NCBI RefSeq assembly: GCF_041737375.1
Contig: NZ_JBGSRV010000008.1
Coordinates: 88,500-152,499 of the forward strand
Length of the DNA stretch: 64,000 bases
From: Vampirovibrio sp.
GTDB lineage: Bacteria > Cyanobacteriota > Vampirovibrionia > Vampirovibrionales > Vampirovibrionaceae
Direction: 5' to 3'
The position numbers and the translations under genes were made by a program. Positions 10,540 to 20,600 of this stretch are shown here, piece after piece (position 1 is the first letter of the stretch; every line of letters starts with the position of its first letter). The notes beneath the pieces were generated by a model. That model saw only the letters and a program-made list of their open reading frames with translations, was not told where the DNA came from and searched no databases.

Positions 10540-11433
10540 ATGGACCCTTTCATGCGTATTTACGGACTGGATTTTACCAGTGCGCCCACCCCCAAAAAGC
10601 CGATTACCGTTGCTTGCTGCGACTTTACGCTAAACCAGCTGATTTTGCGGGACTTATTGGAGCTGACTGATTTTAACCAGTTTGAAGCCTTTTTGAACCG
10701 CAGTGGCCCTTGGCTGGCGGCCATGGATTTTCCGCTGTCCTTACCACATAGCTGGCTGCAAGCCATGGCCTGGCCCACGGCATGGGCGGATTCCGTGAGC
10801 TGGGTTCATCAACTTTCCATGCAAAAATTTTGCCAACACATTACCACTTACGCCCAAGGGAAACCGGCTGGCCAGAAGCATCATTTTCGTCCCATCGATC
10901 GCATTGCGGGGGCTTGCAGCCCCATGACCATTCACTATACGCCGGTGGGGCGCATGTTTTATCAGGGCGCTCACCGGCTTTTAAATGCGGGGGTTTATGT
11001 ACTGCCTTTTATGAGCCATCAACCGCTGGATCTGTCTCGGGATCGCATAGTGGTCGAAGGTTACCCGGCACTGATTGCCCGACAGTTGTGCCCGGGGCAA
11101 GGGTATAAATATGAAAAAACGGCCAAGGCTTCAGCGGCGCAAAGTAGCGCCAAGGACTTTGCCCGTCAGGAAATGATTCAGAAACTGGCGGCGGATTTAT
11201 TAATGGATGATTTTGGCTTTTCCGTTGATTTAAACGGGTTTCAGCAAGCCTTGTATGAGGATTCCAGCGGAGATCGGCTGGATGCTTTTTTGTGCGCCAT
11301 GCAGGCTGCTTGGGCCTACACTCAACGAGACAATCATTTTGGCATTCCTCAAGCCCAAGAGGCTGAACAGGGCTGGATTACGGCGCCACCCTACTTATTT
11401 AGAAAGTCCTTTTTGAGCGCGCCTGAAGCCTAG
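10540..11433 (+). CDS. DUF429 family (RNase H-like) protein
   Basis: IYGLDFTS, AAMDFP, VEGYP and D.LDA motifs. Confidence 0.75.
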   Translation: MDPFMRIYGLDFTSAPTPKKPITVACCDFTLNQLILRDLLELTDFNQFEAFLNRSGPWLAAMDFPLSLPHSWLQAMAWPTAWADSVSWVHQLSMQKFCQHITTYAQGKPAGQKHHFRPIDRIAGACSPMTIHYTPVGRMFYQGAHRLLNAGVYVLPFMSHQPLDLSRDRIVVEGYPALIARQLCPGQGYKYEKTAKASAAQSSAKDFARQEMIQKLAADLLMDDFGFSVDLNGFQQALYEDSSGDRLDAFLCAMQAAWAYTQRDNHFGIPQAQEAEQGWITAPPYLFRKSFLSAPEA

Positions 11434-11616
11434 CCGATAACACTTTTTTGACACTGTTTTTTGAAAGATTTCGTTTGTTTAAGCGCTGGTTTTAAGTAGG
11501 CAATTTTCAGGCGAAAAAAGTTTTTATTCAAACAGCATAACAGCACAGGCCGAGGCGAACTGCATTTGTGCGTGCTAAAAATAAAGTGCAGTTCAATTTT
11601 AGCCCGGCCTGTGTTT

Positions 11617-11961
11617 TTAGCTTTCTGGCGGAAATGCCGCTAGCAGCTTTTGAATGGCGTTGGGGCTTGCCCCTTTTCCCAGTGACACCAGTTTTTGATT
11701 GAGAAACACAATATCCACTCGGGTGTTGCAAGCCGATAAATATTGACTGGTTTGAGAAAACTGCTGATCAAGATCGCCGGGAACCAGGTTTTTCAGGGCC
11801 ATGGCCTGCTTTAGCAGTTCAACGCCCGCCACTACGTTAGGTATTTTTAGCTCCAGAATATTCTGGGATTCGTGTGGCACCGATTTTAACTGAAGCTGGT
11901 GGCGGTCATTCAGTTGTATTTTTAGATCGGACTCGATCAGCAGATTCTCAAACATCATCAA
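11617..11961 (-). CDS. Hypothetical protein
   Basis: 114-aa ORF starting 9 nt after the upstream small gene. Confidence 0.55.
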   Translation of the reverse strand: MMMFENLLIESDLKIQLNDRHQLQLKSVPHESQNILELKIPNVVAGVELLKQAMALKNLVPGDLDQQFSQTSQYLSACNTRVDIVFLNQKLVSLGKGASPNAIQKLLAAFPPES

Positions 11962-11970
11962 AATAACCGC

Positions 11971-12183
11971 TTAAGCGTTATCATCGCGGGTGGTAATTTT
12001 AATCACCCCATTCAGCTTCCATTTGGCCTGCTGAGAATCCTGAGCGGTGCTGGATGGCACATACACTTCCATATTCTCAAACTGGTAAGTAATTTGGGCG
12101 CCTCTGCCAGTGAGCTTGTCATATAGGCCAATTGCCAAATCTGGCCATGTGTGAGTTTCTTTTTCGCTGATGGTGTTTGCCAT
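11971..12183 (-). CDS. Small hypothetical protein (70 aa)
   Basis: GAGGGG RBS; globular-looking sequence WPDLAIGLYDKLTGR...WKLNG. Confidence 0.7.
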   Translation of the reverse strand: MANTISEKETHTWPDLAIGLYDKLTGRGAQITYQFENMEVYVPSSTAQDSQQAKWKLNGVIKITTRDDNA

Positions 12184-12476
12184 GATCTCTAATCCCCTCT
12201 GATTTCAAACATATAATAAATTCAATGTATACCGATCAGTATAGATGGTTGTTCTAAAAAAACAAGCTGAACTTTTCATCATTAAAATAGTCTGTTTCAA
12301 CAAGAACCCATCACTTTTAAAATGTTCCCCGATTTGAGAGGCAATGGGTTTTTTAAGCAGAGCGTTTAGAACCTAGCGAAGCGTTTAGAACACATTAGAG
12401 CGTGTTTAAAAAAAAACACAACCAAACCTGAGTATCCTGCTTAACCTTTGTGGGGAATTGATTTAGACTATTACAC

Positions 12477-12947
12477 ATGAAAAAATACTTGCCCTTTTTT
12501 ATGATTTTTTTATTGATCAGCGCAGTACCCGCTGTGGTATTTATACTGTTTCCCGATGCGGCCTCTAACATTAATAGTGGCGATATTCCTTCTTTTAACG
12601 CCGTTAGTGCAGGCGATGGGGCCGATGGCATGGTAGAACAACAAACCAGTCACTATCTGGTCAGGCTTAAGCCGTTAGCTGCGCCGGTGCAGTTGGGCAA
12701 GGAAGCCTTTGAGCTGGAGATCTTGAATAGAAATACGGGCAGTCACTGGGTGGGCTTGCCCACCGCTCAGTTGAGCGCCCCCGATGGAAAACAGCAACAA
12801 ATCACCTCGCTAACGCTGAAGCCGGGCTTGCAAGATGGGGTTTTCAGGGTGCAAGCCACTTTTGATCAGCCCGGTTACTGGCAGCTGACCCTGAATTTAA
12901 AGGACCCGGATCAGCAGGTTTCCTTGAGGCTAAACGTGCAATCCTGA
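12477..12947 (+). CDS. Membrane-anchored Ig-like (YtkA/FixH-like) protein
   Basis: N-terminal TM helix; GVF.....FDQPGYWQL pattern. Confidence 0.6.
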   Translation: MKKYLPFFMIFLLISAVPAVVFILFPDAASNINSGDIPSFNAVSAGDGADGMVEQQTSHYLVRLKPLAAPVQLGKEAFELEILNRNTGSHWVGLPTAQLSAPDGKQQQITSLTLKPGLQDGVFRVQATFDQPGYWQLTLNLKDPDQQVSLRLNVQS

Positions 12948-12979
12948 GAATACGTTCCGAAAGCGGCCCTGCCGGTCCA

Positions 12980-14047
12980 TTAGGGAGAGGGGTTGGGGTG
13001 CTGGGTATGAATGGCTTCAATGTCGGCTAACACGGCATCCGACAGCTGAAGGGCGGCGCTTTCAATGTTCTCTTTTAATTGCGCCAAACTGGTGGCCCCA
13101 ATAATATTGCTGGACACAAACGGTTGCCGGTTGACAAAGGCCAACGACATTTGAGCCGGTGTGAGTCCGTTTTTATGAGCTAGTTCAATGTAGGCTTTGG
13201 CCGCCGATAGGGCTTGGGGGCTGGCGTAGCGGTCAAAATACTCTCCAAACAGGGCCAAGCGAGAGCCGGAAGGTTTTTGGCCGTTTTGATATTTACCGCT
13301 GAGCAACCCGAAGGCCATGGGCGAATAAGCCAGCAGTCCGACTTTTTCCCGAATGGCCATTTCGGCCAGGCCCACTTCAAAGCTGCGGTTGAGTAGGCTG
13401 TAAGGGTTCTGGATGCTAACCACCCGTGGCAAATTCAGGGTTTCAGACAGCTTTAAAAACTGAGAGACGCCCCACGGGGTTTCATTGGAAAGCCCTACCG
13501 CCCGTATTTTTCCAGCCTTTACCAAATCCGATAACACATACAGGGTTTCTTCAATGGGGGTTAAGGTTTCGCTGGGGTTATGGGTGTAGCCCAGTTGCCC
13601 GAAAAAATTGGTGTTTCGATCGGGCCAGTGGAGTTGATACAGGTCCAGATAATCGGTTTGCAGGCGTTTTAAACTGCCCTCAATAGCCTGCTCAATATTA
13701 ACGCGATTAAGTCGGGGTTCGACCGCACGCAGGTAAGTAATACGTTCTGAAGGGCCTGCCACTTTGGAGGCCAGCACCACTTGATCCCGGCACTTGCGGG
13801 CCGCCAGCCAGGTGCCGATATAGGTTTCTGTCAGTCCTGAGGTTTCTTGGCGGATGGGAACCGGATACACTTCGGCGGTATCAAAAAAGTTGACCCCTTG
13901 AGCCAGCGCGTAATCCATTTGGGCATGGGCTTCGGCTTCCGTGTTTTGCTCTCCCCAAGTCATGGTGCCCAAACCAATCAGGCTGACCTTGATATCCGTA
14001 TTGCCAAGGGAACGGGTTTCCATACAGGCTGTTGCCTCACTGCTCAA
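12980..14047 (-). CDS. tas: NADP(H)-dependent aldo/keto reductase, Tas-like
   Basis: GLGTMTWGEQN, FFDTAEVYP, YLDLYQLHWP, SIQNPYSLLNR; real start may be 14023. Confidence 0.9.
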   Translation of the reverse strand: MSSEATACMETRSLGNTDIKVSLIGLGTMTWGEQNTEAEAHAQMDYALAQGVNFFDTAEVYPVPIRQETSGLTETYIGTWLAARKCRDQVVLASKVAGPSERITYLRAVEPRLNRVNIEQAIEGSLKRLQTDYLDLYQLHWPDRNTNFFGQLGYTHNPSETLTPIEETLYVLSDLVKAGKIRAVGLSNETPWGVSQFLKLSETLNLPRVVSIQNPYSLLNRSFEVGLAEMAIREKVGLLAYSPMAFGLLSGKYQNGQKPSGSRLALFGEYFDRYASPQALSAAKAYIELAHKNGLTPAQMSLAFVNRQPFVSSNIIGATSLAQLKENIESAALQLSDAVLADIEAIHTQHPNPSP

Positions 14048-14082
14048 TGCTTGGCCCTTATCTTAACAGCCACGTGGCCGAT

Positions 14083-14117
14083 AAAAAAGCCATTGCCCTA
14101 AACAAAGGCAATGGCTT
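14083..14117 (-). terminator. Rho-independent terminator
   Basis: GCCATTGCC/GGCAATGGC stem followed by T6 on the minus strand. Confidence 0.7.
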
Positions 14118-14254
14118 GAAAATAGGTATAGTTGAACTAAATTGTTAAAGTCAACGCTAATTCTAGCAACTAAATTCAAATTTGTATGTAAACAAGAATA
14201 ATTGGTAACAAAAATTTACAGGCAGGGCTTCAAATTTTGAGAAAGCAAACAGGG

Positions 14255-14818
14255 CTATTTGTTGATTTTGGTGATTTTGGAACCTTCCAGGCTAAGGTTG
14301 TACATTAAGCCTTTTTGATCCACCACGAAGGCTAAAATGGGCTTGTTCAGGGTGGTGGTATTAATACTGCCTTCCGCACCCACGGTGATTAAGGTTACGG
14401 AGGCATCTGCGCCAATTTTCCATCCTTTGCTGGCCCGGAATTTGTTCAGCACCTCATCGTTCATAAAGGCCAGAATAATGGCCTTGCGCTGCCCGCCCAG
14501 CTGAAACCCGTAAGAGCCTGAGGCGATATTGTAGTAGGCCTGGGTGGCTCCGTTCACTAAAAGGGCGCCTTCTCCGTATTCCCCGCCCACCACAATAATG
14601 CCTGCCTGATAGACCCGAGGAAAGACCAGAACGCCCCGTGCTTTGGCCAATACCTCGTTGGCCCCTTTTACGTTTTGTTTGAATACAGTGAGGGCTTCCT
14701 GCACTTGCTGATTCACCACCTGAGCAGAGGCGGCATGCGCCACCGGCATTGCAAAAGGGCCGCCCAAGCCGATCAGGGTTAGTAACGATATGGCGATTTT
14801 CAGTAGGTTTGCTTTCAT
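14255..14818 (-). CDS. Ysc84/SYLF lipid-binding domain protein, exported
   Basis: Signal peptide ending AHA; GVLVFP, GGEYGEG, GSYGFQLG, GLMYNLSLEG motifs. Confidence 0.9.
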   Translation of the reverse strand: MKANLLKIAISLLTLIGLGGPFAMPVAHAASAQVVNQQVQEALTVFKQNVKGANEVLAKARGVLVFPRVYQAGIIVVGGEYGEGALLVNGATQAYYNIASGSYGFQLGGQRKAIILAFMNDEVLNKFRASKGWKIGADASVTLITVGAEGSINTTTLNKPILAFVVDQKGLMYNLSLEGSKITKINK

Positions 14819-14838
14819 GGGTTCATTCCTTTCAAATC

Positions 14839-14875
14839 GATGGGTCAAAGTGATGGGTCAAAGCGATTGGGTCGA
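14839..14875. repeat. 13-bp-period tandem repeat GATGGGTCAAAG
   Basis: Exact copies at 14839 and 14852; degenerate third at 14865. Confidence 0.8.
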
Positions 14876-14954
14876 TTTTGAAATTCGTGCTGAGCGTGCG
14901 TTTTTGCCAGGTTAAATGGACAACCGCTACCAGAGGCATGATTAGGCCTTTCGC

Positions 14955-17636
14955 TTATGGACTGTTGGTCACCACCCCATTTTTCAGGCTGCCATTCACG
15001 TTAATGTCTCCGTTTTGGTTATTGACGCTTTGGCCATGCATACGAATGTTTCCGCCATAGCCCCGGTTCCCGGAAAGTGCTGTGGCAAAAACGAAAACCG
15101 GGCTAAAAGCTTCATTACCGTTTTGCACGTTGCCTACCGCCCGGAGCTGTATATTGCCCCCGGTGGCCGCCAGGTTGGGTTGATCGTTATGGGCCACGGC
15201 TTGGAAATCTCCCAGGTTTAACAGGTTGCCATTGGTGTTTAAGCGTTGGGTTCCACCAATCAGTCGGCCATTCACCCCAATCAGTCGAAATCCAAAGTTG
15301 CTTAAATCGCCACGGGCGTTGAGCTGGATACTGCCCCCATGGATATTGCTGTCATCGTTTGCCCCTTGCACGGAAAGCAAATCAAAGTTTTCAATGGCGC
15401 TTCGGCTGGCCAGATTAATGCTTCCCCCGGAAATCCGCCCTTGGGTGACAAGCCCGGTGCCATTTTGCAGGGCACCCCCAGATAACAGCGACAGTCGTCC
15501 TCCGCCCATATTTTGAAAAGAACCTGTTCCCCACTCGTGGGTATTGGTAAGCGCTCCATCGGTTAGTACCGTGAGCGTATTCAAATTGTTCAGGTTAATT
15601 TCATAGGCGTCTTTCAGGAAAAAAGCGGGTTCTTTTACCAGGGTTAAGCCCAGTTGGTTGGCGTTACTGCCAATGATGAAATTTCGGTAAGGTCTGTTGC
15701 TGCCGGTGGTATCTTTAACAATGATTTGATCGGCGGCAAGGTTTGCGTTTAAAGGGTTCAGTACTGAGCGCACCGTGGCGCTTTCCGCCCGATCGTTCAG
15801 CCGGGTAAAGTTTTGACCGCCCTGAATGGTGCGGGATAGCAAAATCAGGTTTTCGGCGTTACTCAGCAGTTCGTTTTCAGCCGTTAAAAAGCTGGTGGGC
15901 CGATTGCCCCCCGTGCCTCTGCTGTTGTTTTGGTTCAGCCCCGCATTGCCAAATTTTTGAGAAACCCGTTGGCTTTGCGCTAAGGAAACAGGGTTGGGGG
16001 TGGCAATAACGCCTGCCACTCCGCCTATGGCCTGTACAGAAAGCGGGTTGTTGCCTTGCCCACCATTGCCGCCGTTAACTTGCAGAAGGCCACCCCCGGT
16101 TGGATTGCTGGGTCCACTGATCACCAGCAACCCCCCTTGTCCGCCAGATCCCCCCGAAGTTCTGAAGCTGCCGCCTGCCTGCGAACCCAGGCCACCCGAG
16201 CCTCCCTGAGCGATGATCTCTCCCAAGTTGGCCATGCCGGTTTTATGGCTAAAGGCCAGCAATCCGCCTTTGCCGCCAACAGCGCCCCCATACTGGGTGT
16301 CACTGGCCGATCCACCACTCCCCCCATTGGCCTGAAACTGGCCAAGCAAACCATTGTTTCGGGTGGTGTAGCTAAATAAATCGTTGGCAATCCTGTCACC
16401 TGCGGTTGCCACAAGGGTGCCGCCGTTTCCTCCCCTCACCGGGTTGCCCTGCGATACGCCGTTTCCTCCATTGGCCTCCACGATACCCAGATTTTGTACG
16501 TTTCGCATGGCGCTCAGGATGATGGTGCCACCATCTCCGGCCCGTAAGGTGTTTTCCTGCAATGTGTCATTGCTGGCGGCCACCGCCCCGGCACTTCCAT
16601 TGGCGCTTAAGAGCGCTGGAAACACCTGACTTTGGTTTTGAGGATTAAAAGTACCGCTGATCTGGATATCCCCGTCCAGCCGGTTCACCGTATCCTGCAA
16701 TTCGCTATTTAATGTGTTGCGCTCACTGTTAGAAAAAGTGGGAATCAACTGCCCCGTTTGGGTGCCGGGTGTGGTGGCATCCTGTAAGGCTTGACGAACT
16801 TGATTAAGGTTCGTATTCCCCGTGGCAATCAATCGAATGGTGCCGCCTCGGGAGCCTTCCTGTACATTGGTAACCACCCCGTTGGCCCGCATGGCGCCTG
16901 CCGCTCGAACGGCTCCGGCTTCAATGTTAATAAGGTTTCCATCAAAAGTACCAGCCACTTTGCCGGAGCTGTCCAGCAAGGTATTGGGTTTCAGTTGAAC
17001 CACCCCATCTGATTGAATGGAGATGACGCCTCCTGCTCCCCCAAAGCCTTTGGCCTGAATGCTGGCCCCAGGCTGAATGGTGGCTGAGCCGACGTTGAGT
17101 TGAACCAGGCCCCCACTGAACCCGTTGGCGAAAATATGGCCGCTTTGATAGTAATAGGCCGCATCTACAAATACCTTGCCCCCTTGTCCCAAATAAGCAC
17201 CCTGATTGTTTTGCAAGGCGTTGACGTTAATTCGGCCATCGATTCGCACCACACTGTTGGGGGCGTAAAAATGCAAGGTTCCTCCATTGTTGGTGGGTGT
17301 TCCGGCGGCGTTAACCTCAATACCTCTAATGGTGCCGTTCTCCCGAACCCAGAGCCCCCCTGAACCGCTGTTGATGAAGGTGGTTTTTCCGTTGGCCGTG
17401 TTGGAAAAATTGCCACTGGTTACCACTCGTCCGTCGTGCACGTCATTCACCGCATTGGCCGGTAAAGCGGCAAATAGCGACAAGCTTAACAGGGCAACGG
17501 TTAAGCTGCTTCCAACCCATTTGGGACTGATCAACAAGCTTTGAGGTCCGTGGTTGCAGGCTTGAGAATTGTAATAAAATGAAGCAAAAACTGGTATTGA
17601 GATTCCCCGTGTCATTGTAAAGTCCCTTCGTTTCAC
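14955..17636 (-). CDS. Large secreted Gly/Asn-rich beta-helix (haemagglutinin-like) protein
   Basis: Signal-like LTVALLSLSLFAALPANA; repeated GG.I.(L/I).A strands and GG.GG repeats; start uncertain. Confidence 0.75.
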   Translation of the reverse strand: MKRRDFTMTRGISIPVFASFYYNSQACNHGPQSLLISPKWVGSSLTVALLSLSLFAALPANAVNDVHDGRVVTSGNFSNTANGKTTFINSGSGGLWVRENGTIRGIEVNAAGTPTNNGGTLHFYAPNSVVRIDGRINVNALQNNQGAYLGQGGKVFVDAAYYYQSGHIFANGFSGGLVQLNVGSATIQPGASIQAKGFGGAGGVISIQSDGVVQLKPNTLLDSSGKVAGTFDGNLINIEAGAVRAAGAMRANGVVTNVQEGSRGGTIRLIATGNTNLNQVRQALQDATTPGTQTGQLIPTFSNSERNTLNSELQDTVNRLDGDIQISGTFNPQNQSQVFPALLSANGSAGAVAASNDTLQENTLRAGDGGTIILSAMRNVQNLGIVEANGGNGVSQGNPVRGGNGGTLVATAGDRIANDLFSYTTRNNGLLGQFQANGGSGGSASDTQYGGAVGGKGGLLAFSHKTGMANLGEIIAQGGSGGLGSQAGGSFRTSGGSGGQGGLLVISGPSNPTGGGLLQVNGGNGGQGNNPLSVQAIGGVAGVIATPNPVSLAQSQRVSQKFGNAGLNQNNSRGTGGNRPTSFLTAENELLSNAENLILLSRTIQGGQNFTRLNDRAESATVRSVLNPLNANLAADQIIVKDTTGSNRPYRNFIIGSNANQLGLTLVKEPAFFLKDAYEINLNNLNTLTVLTDGALTNTHEWGTGSFQNMGGGRLSLLSGGALQNGTGLVTQGRISGGSINLASRSAIENFDLLSVQGANDDSNIHGGSIQLNARGDLSNFGFRLIGVNGRLIGGTQRLNTNGNLLNLGDFQAVAHNDQPNLAATGGNIQLRAVGNVQNGNEAFSPVFVFATALSGNRGYGGNIRMHGQSVNNQNGDINVNGSLKNGVVTNSP

Positions 17637-17843
17637 TCGGCCATCAAGTCCATCAAAAATACGTCCCGCTCAACAGAATATTTGCGCGGGCGGGCGGGAA
17701 ATGAGTAAGACTAACAGACTAGCTAACTTGGTGGGCAATGGGTATTGCCGAGATAGGCTATTTCTGCAAAAAATGGTTTTTTCAGAAATAGCAAAGCAGT
17801 CTCAATGAGAGCTTTTTAGGCAGGAGTAAGCGCCTGTTTTCGC

Positions 17844-18893
17844 TTAACTGGAATGAGGTTTCATTCGGCTCAGCATGGCCGTGGTGATATCCACAATGGC
17901 CTTTTGTTGTTCTTTCCGGCTCATGGTTGCCGCCAAGTCGGGAAACTGCAAGCCGTAATCTCCAAATTGAGAATGATTGCCCCCTTTTAGCTCGATAACG
18001 GGGGTGTCTTTGGGCATCAGGCGCTGGAAATCGTAAAAAATATGCTTTCCAAACAGGTTATCGTTGCTGCCCTGAATAAACACCATTTCCATCTTTTTCT
18101 GGCTTAAGTCCACAAAGGGAAAAGAGGCCCAAAAAGCGACGCCTTTGACTTTGGGGTCCGGTTTTCCGGTAATGTATTTCTGGGCCATGGCCCCCCCCAA
18201 GGAGTGGCCTGCGATGGCCCAAGCCTTGACCGCAGGGAATTCCTGAATGATTGAATCGGCTTTTTGGCTGCCTACAAGGATCATGTTGTGAGGCATATGG
18301 GCAATCACCGTGGTGTAGCCGCGTTCCGCAAACTGGCGGGCCATTGCCGCATAACTCTGGAAGTCCACCATGGCCCCTGGGTAAATAATCATGCCTTGTT
18401 TTTTGGGTGTTTTGGGTAAAAAGGCAATCCGGTCTTTCTGAATGCTGACGCTGACTTTTTGATCCGGCTTCAATGCGTCAAGCGCCCTTTGGGACGGCAA
18501 TTGAGAAGGCCCGTGAAGGCCAGTTTTTTCAGTGCGTTCGCGTTGCTCTGCTTTTGAAGGAGAAGGCTCCAGAACCCATCTGGGGTAAGCGCTCAATGCC
18601 CGATGCATTTTAGAACGCAAATGAGAAGGCACTTTGGGGGCGTTGGTTTGAAGAGGAGACAGGCTCGCTGTAACGGGTTGACGCGTGGAAGATTGTCCTG
18701 TTTTTGGGCGGATGTTGCCCAATTGACCCGGCTCGGCCTTTTGCTTTTTACTGAACAAGAAGTGATCTTGCGGCTTATCTAATGTTTTTAGCCGGAGGAG
18801 GGGGTAGGTTTCATTATCCGGTATCCCTGCTGTTTTTAGAGAACCCGTTGGGTTTGAATATCCACGGATAGAAAAAGACGTAAAAACAACCAT
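17844..18893 (-). CDS. Alpha/beta hydrolase with long N-terminal extension
   Basis: YPGA, GHSLGG nucleophile elbow, GSND, GGNHSQFG; GGGAGG RBS. Confidence 0.85.
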   Translation of the reverse strand: MVVFTSFSIRGYSNPTGSLKTAGIPDNETYPLLRLKTLDKPQDHFLFSKKQKAEPGQLGNIRPKTGQSSTRQPVTASLSPLQTNAPKVPSHLRSKMHRALSAYPRWVLEPSPSKAEQRERTEKTGLHGPSQLPSQRALDALKPDQKVSVSIQKDRIAFLPKTPKKQGMIIYPGAMVDFQSYAAMARQFAERGYTTVIAHMPHNMILVGSQKADSIIQEFPAVKAWAIAGHSLGGAMAQKYITGKPDPKVKGVAFWASFPFVDLSQKKMEMVFIQGSNDNLFGKHIFYDFQRLMPKDTPVIELKGGNHSQFGDYGLQFPDLAATMSRKEQQKAIVDITTAMLSRMKPHSS

Positions 18894-19078
18894 TAAGCCC
18901 TCCCTCTTATTTTAAAAATATGCCCACTCATTGATAAAGAACAATCGAAACCCCCTCGACTTTATTTTGATTCGACTGCTCACAAAACCCACTAAAAAAT
19001 AATGCACGCATCTTAGGCCAAACACAAAGAACTGTCGATACCAGTGGCGTTAAAAGAGGCCTGATCTTGTATTTTGGC

Positions 19079-20392
19079 TTAAACCCCTGCCGCAAGCGCT
19101 TTTTCAAGTTCATTAAGGGCGTTTTGCAATTCTTTTAACGATTCAAGATGCCCCAGCACCGCTTCCGTATATTGCTCTTGCGCGTTTAGGGCGGCCAAAA
19201 CCGATGTATCCCCTGTTTCAAAATAGCGAAGCCCTTTTTCTCGCAGGTTTTTGGCCAGCGGCAGAATTTCCGTTTCAAACCGCACCACTGCCTCCTCGTG
19301 GGTCATTACGGCGTTATAGGCATTGCTGACTTCCCGTTTTAACCGATTTTTAATAAAGGCCACTTCTAAAGCCTGCTGGTTTGTTTCGGCCTGAATGCGT
19401 TGAATGGGGCCTTGTTGCCGGTTGAATACAGGCAGATCCATGGTGGCGATTACAAACACCGAATAGGTTGGTGTAGGTTCTGTAATGGTATCAGGGCCCA
19501 CCGTTACGCTGAGGTTGGGAATGCGTTTGGCCTTGCTCAGTCTAAGTTCTTCCGGCAGCACGGCGGCTTTGGCCTCAGCCGCCTTTAAGGCCGGATGGCG
19601 TTCCAGGGCTTGCGATATCAGTGTCCCCAAGTCCATGGCGGCCAGTGCGTCTCGGGAAGGCAATGGGGTTGCTGTGTTTCCTAACAGTAGGCTGGGAAAA
19701 ATAGTGGGCGGCTCCAAAATATGCTGAGTACTGAGCGGGAGGTTTAACACAAAATTTAAATCGTTACGGGCCTCTTGAATCAGGCGGCCTTCTACCAAAA
19801 GGTTATTTTTAATGCTGAGTAGTTTAATTTCGGTTTGCATCACATCCAGTTCATTGCCTTGTCCCGATTCCAGTCGTTTGTTGGCTGCTTCCACCAGTTT
19901 TTCAGCAGTTTCCTCAAAGTGCTGGTAGGTCTGGTAACGGGCCTGATCGTAATAAAGCTGGGTGTAGGTTTGTCGCACATGATCATACAGGGCCAGTAAT
20001 CCTTCCCGGATCTCTTCCTCAACCAAACGTTTTTCAGCTTGGGCCACCGCCGTTCGCCGTACCCGTTTACCGCCCAGTTCAAAGGTTTGTTCAATCCCGA
20101 AACGATAGGTATATTCCGCAACCCCGTTATCCGCCAAAAAACTGGGATTGAGACGTGTTCGGGCGGTTACGATGTCGGCGTCACTGATTCCCAGTTCCGC
20201 TTGTAAGGCTTTAAAACGAAGGTTATTGCGGGCGGCAATGGCCAGCGCTTGCTGTAAATTCAGGTTCATTTTTAATTGAGCCCAGCCTTTGAGGCTGAGG
20301 TTAACGCTAAGGCTTAAAGCAACGCTCAGCACCAGAGAACCCAGCAGAATGCCCTGTTTTTGGTAGCAACCCCTTTTTTTGCAAATATTCAT
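19079..20392 (-). CDS. TolC/CzcC-family outer membrane efflux protein
   Basis: Two OEP repeats (NPSF...EQTFELGGKR..R; P.L...LPVFNRQQG). Confidence 0.85.
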   Translation of the reverse strand: MNICKKRGCYQKQGILLGSLVLSVALSLSVNLSLKGWAQLKMNLNLQQALAIAARNNLRFKALQAELGISDADIVTARTRLNPSFLADNGVAEYTYRFGIEQTFELGGKRVRRTAVAQAEKRLVEEEIREGLLALYDHVRQTYTQLYYDQARYQTYQHFEETAEKLVEAANKRLESGQGNELDVMQTEIKLLSIKNNLLVEGRLIQEARNDLNFVLNLPLSTQHILEPPTIFPSLLLGNTATPLPSRDALAAMDLGTLISQALERHPALKAAEAKAAVLPEELRLSKAKRIPNLSVTVGPDTITEPTPTYSVFVIATMDLPVFNRQQGPIQRIQAETNQQALEVAFIKNRLKREVSNAYNAVMTHEEAVVRFETEILPLAKNLREKGLRYFETGDTSVLAALNAQEQYTEAVLGHLESLKELQNALNELEKALAAGV

Positions 20393-20600
20393 AGCGCTTA
20401 TATTTTCCCGGCCTGTTGCTGGAAATAAAAGTTGCGGCCCGCAGGCCTGGTTTGGCAAGGTAAAAAATTTAAATATCATCCCCCAGAATTTTTAAGCCCA
20501 ATTTAGCTCAAGCCCAATTTAGCATTAAATCCAAATAGAGGACTCTTTTAAAAAAAATCGCCAATTTGCCGGGTTTTCCTTTAAAATCAAAAGAAGACTT

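Noticed and set aside
8248-11433. Divergent tex and DUF429 genes as a functional nuclease system
   Set aside because: Both have RNase H-like folds, but adjacency alone is not evidence of linkage.
11433-14085. GCCGATAA sigma-28-like -10 elements near 11433 and 14078
   Set aside because: Not oriented toward a downstream gene start, and I found no consistent sigma-28 motif ahead of the F-G leader genes.
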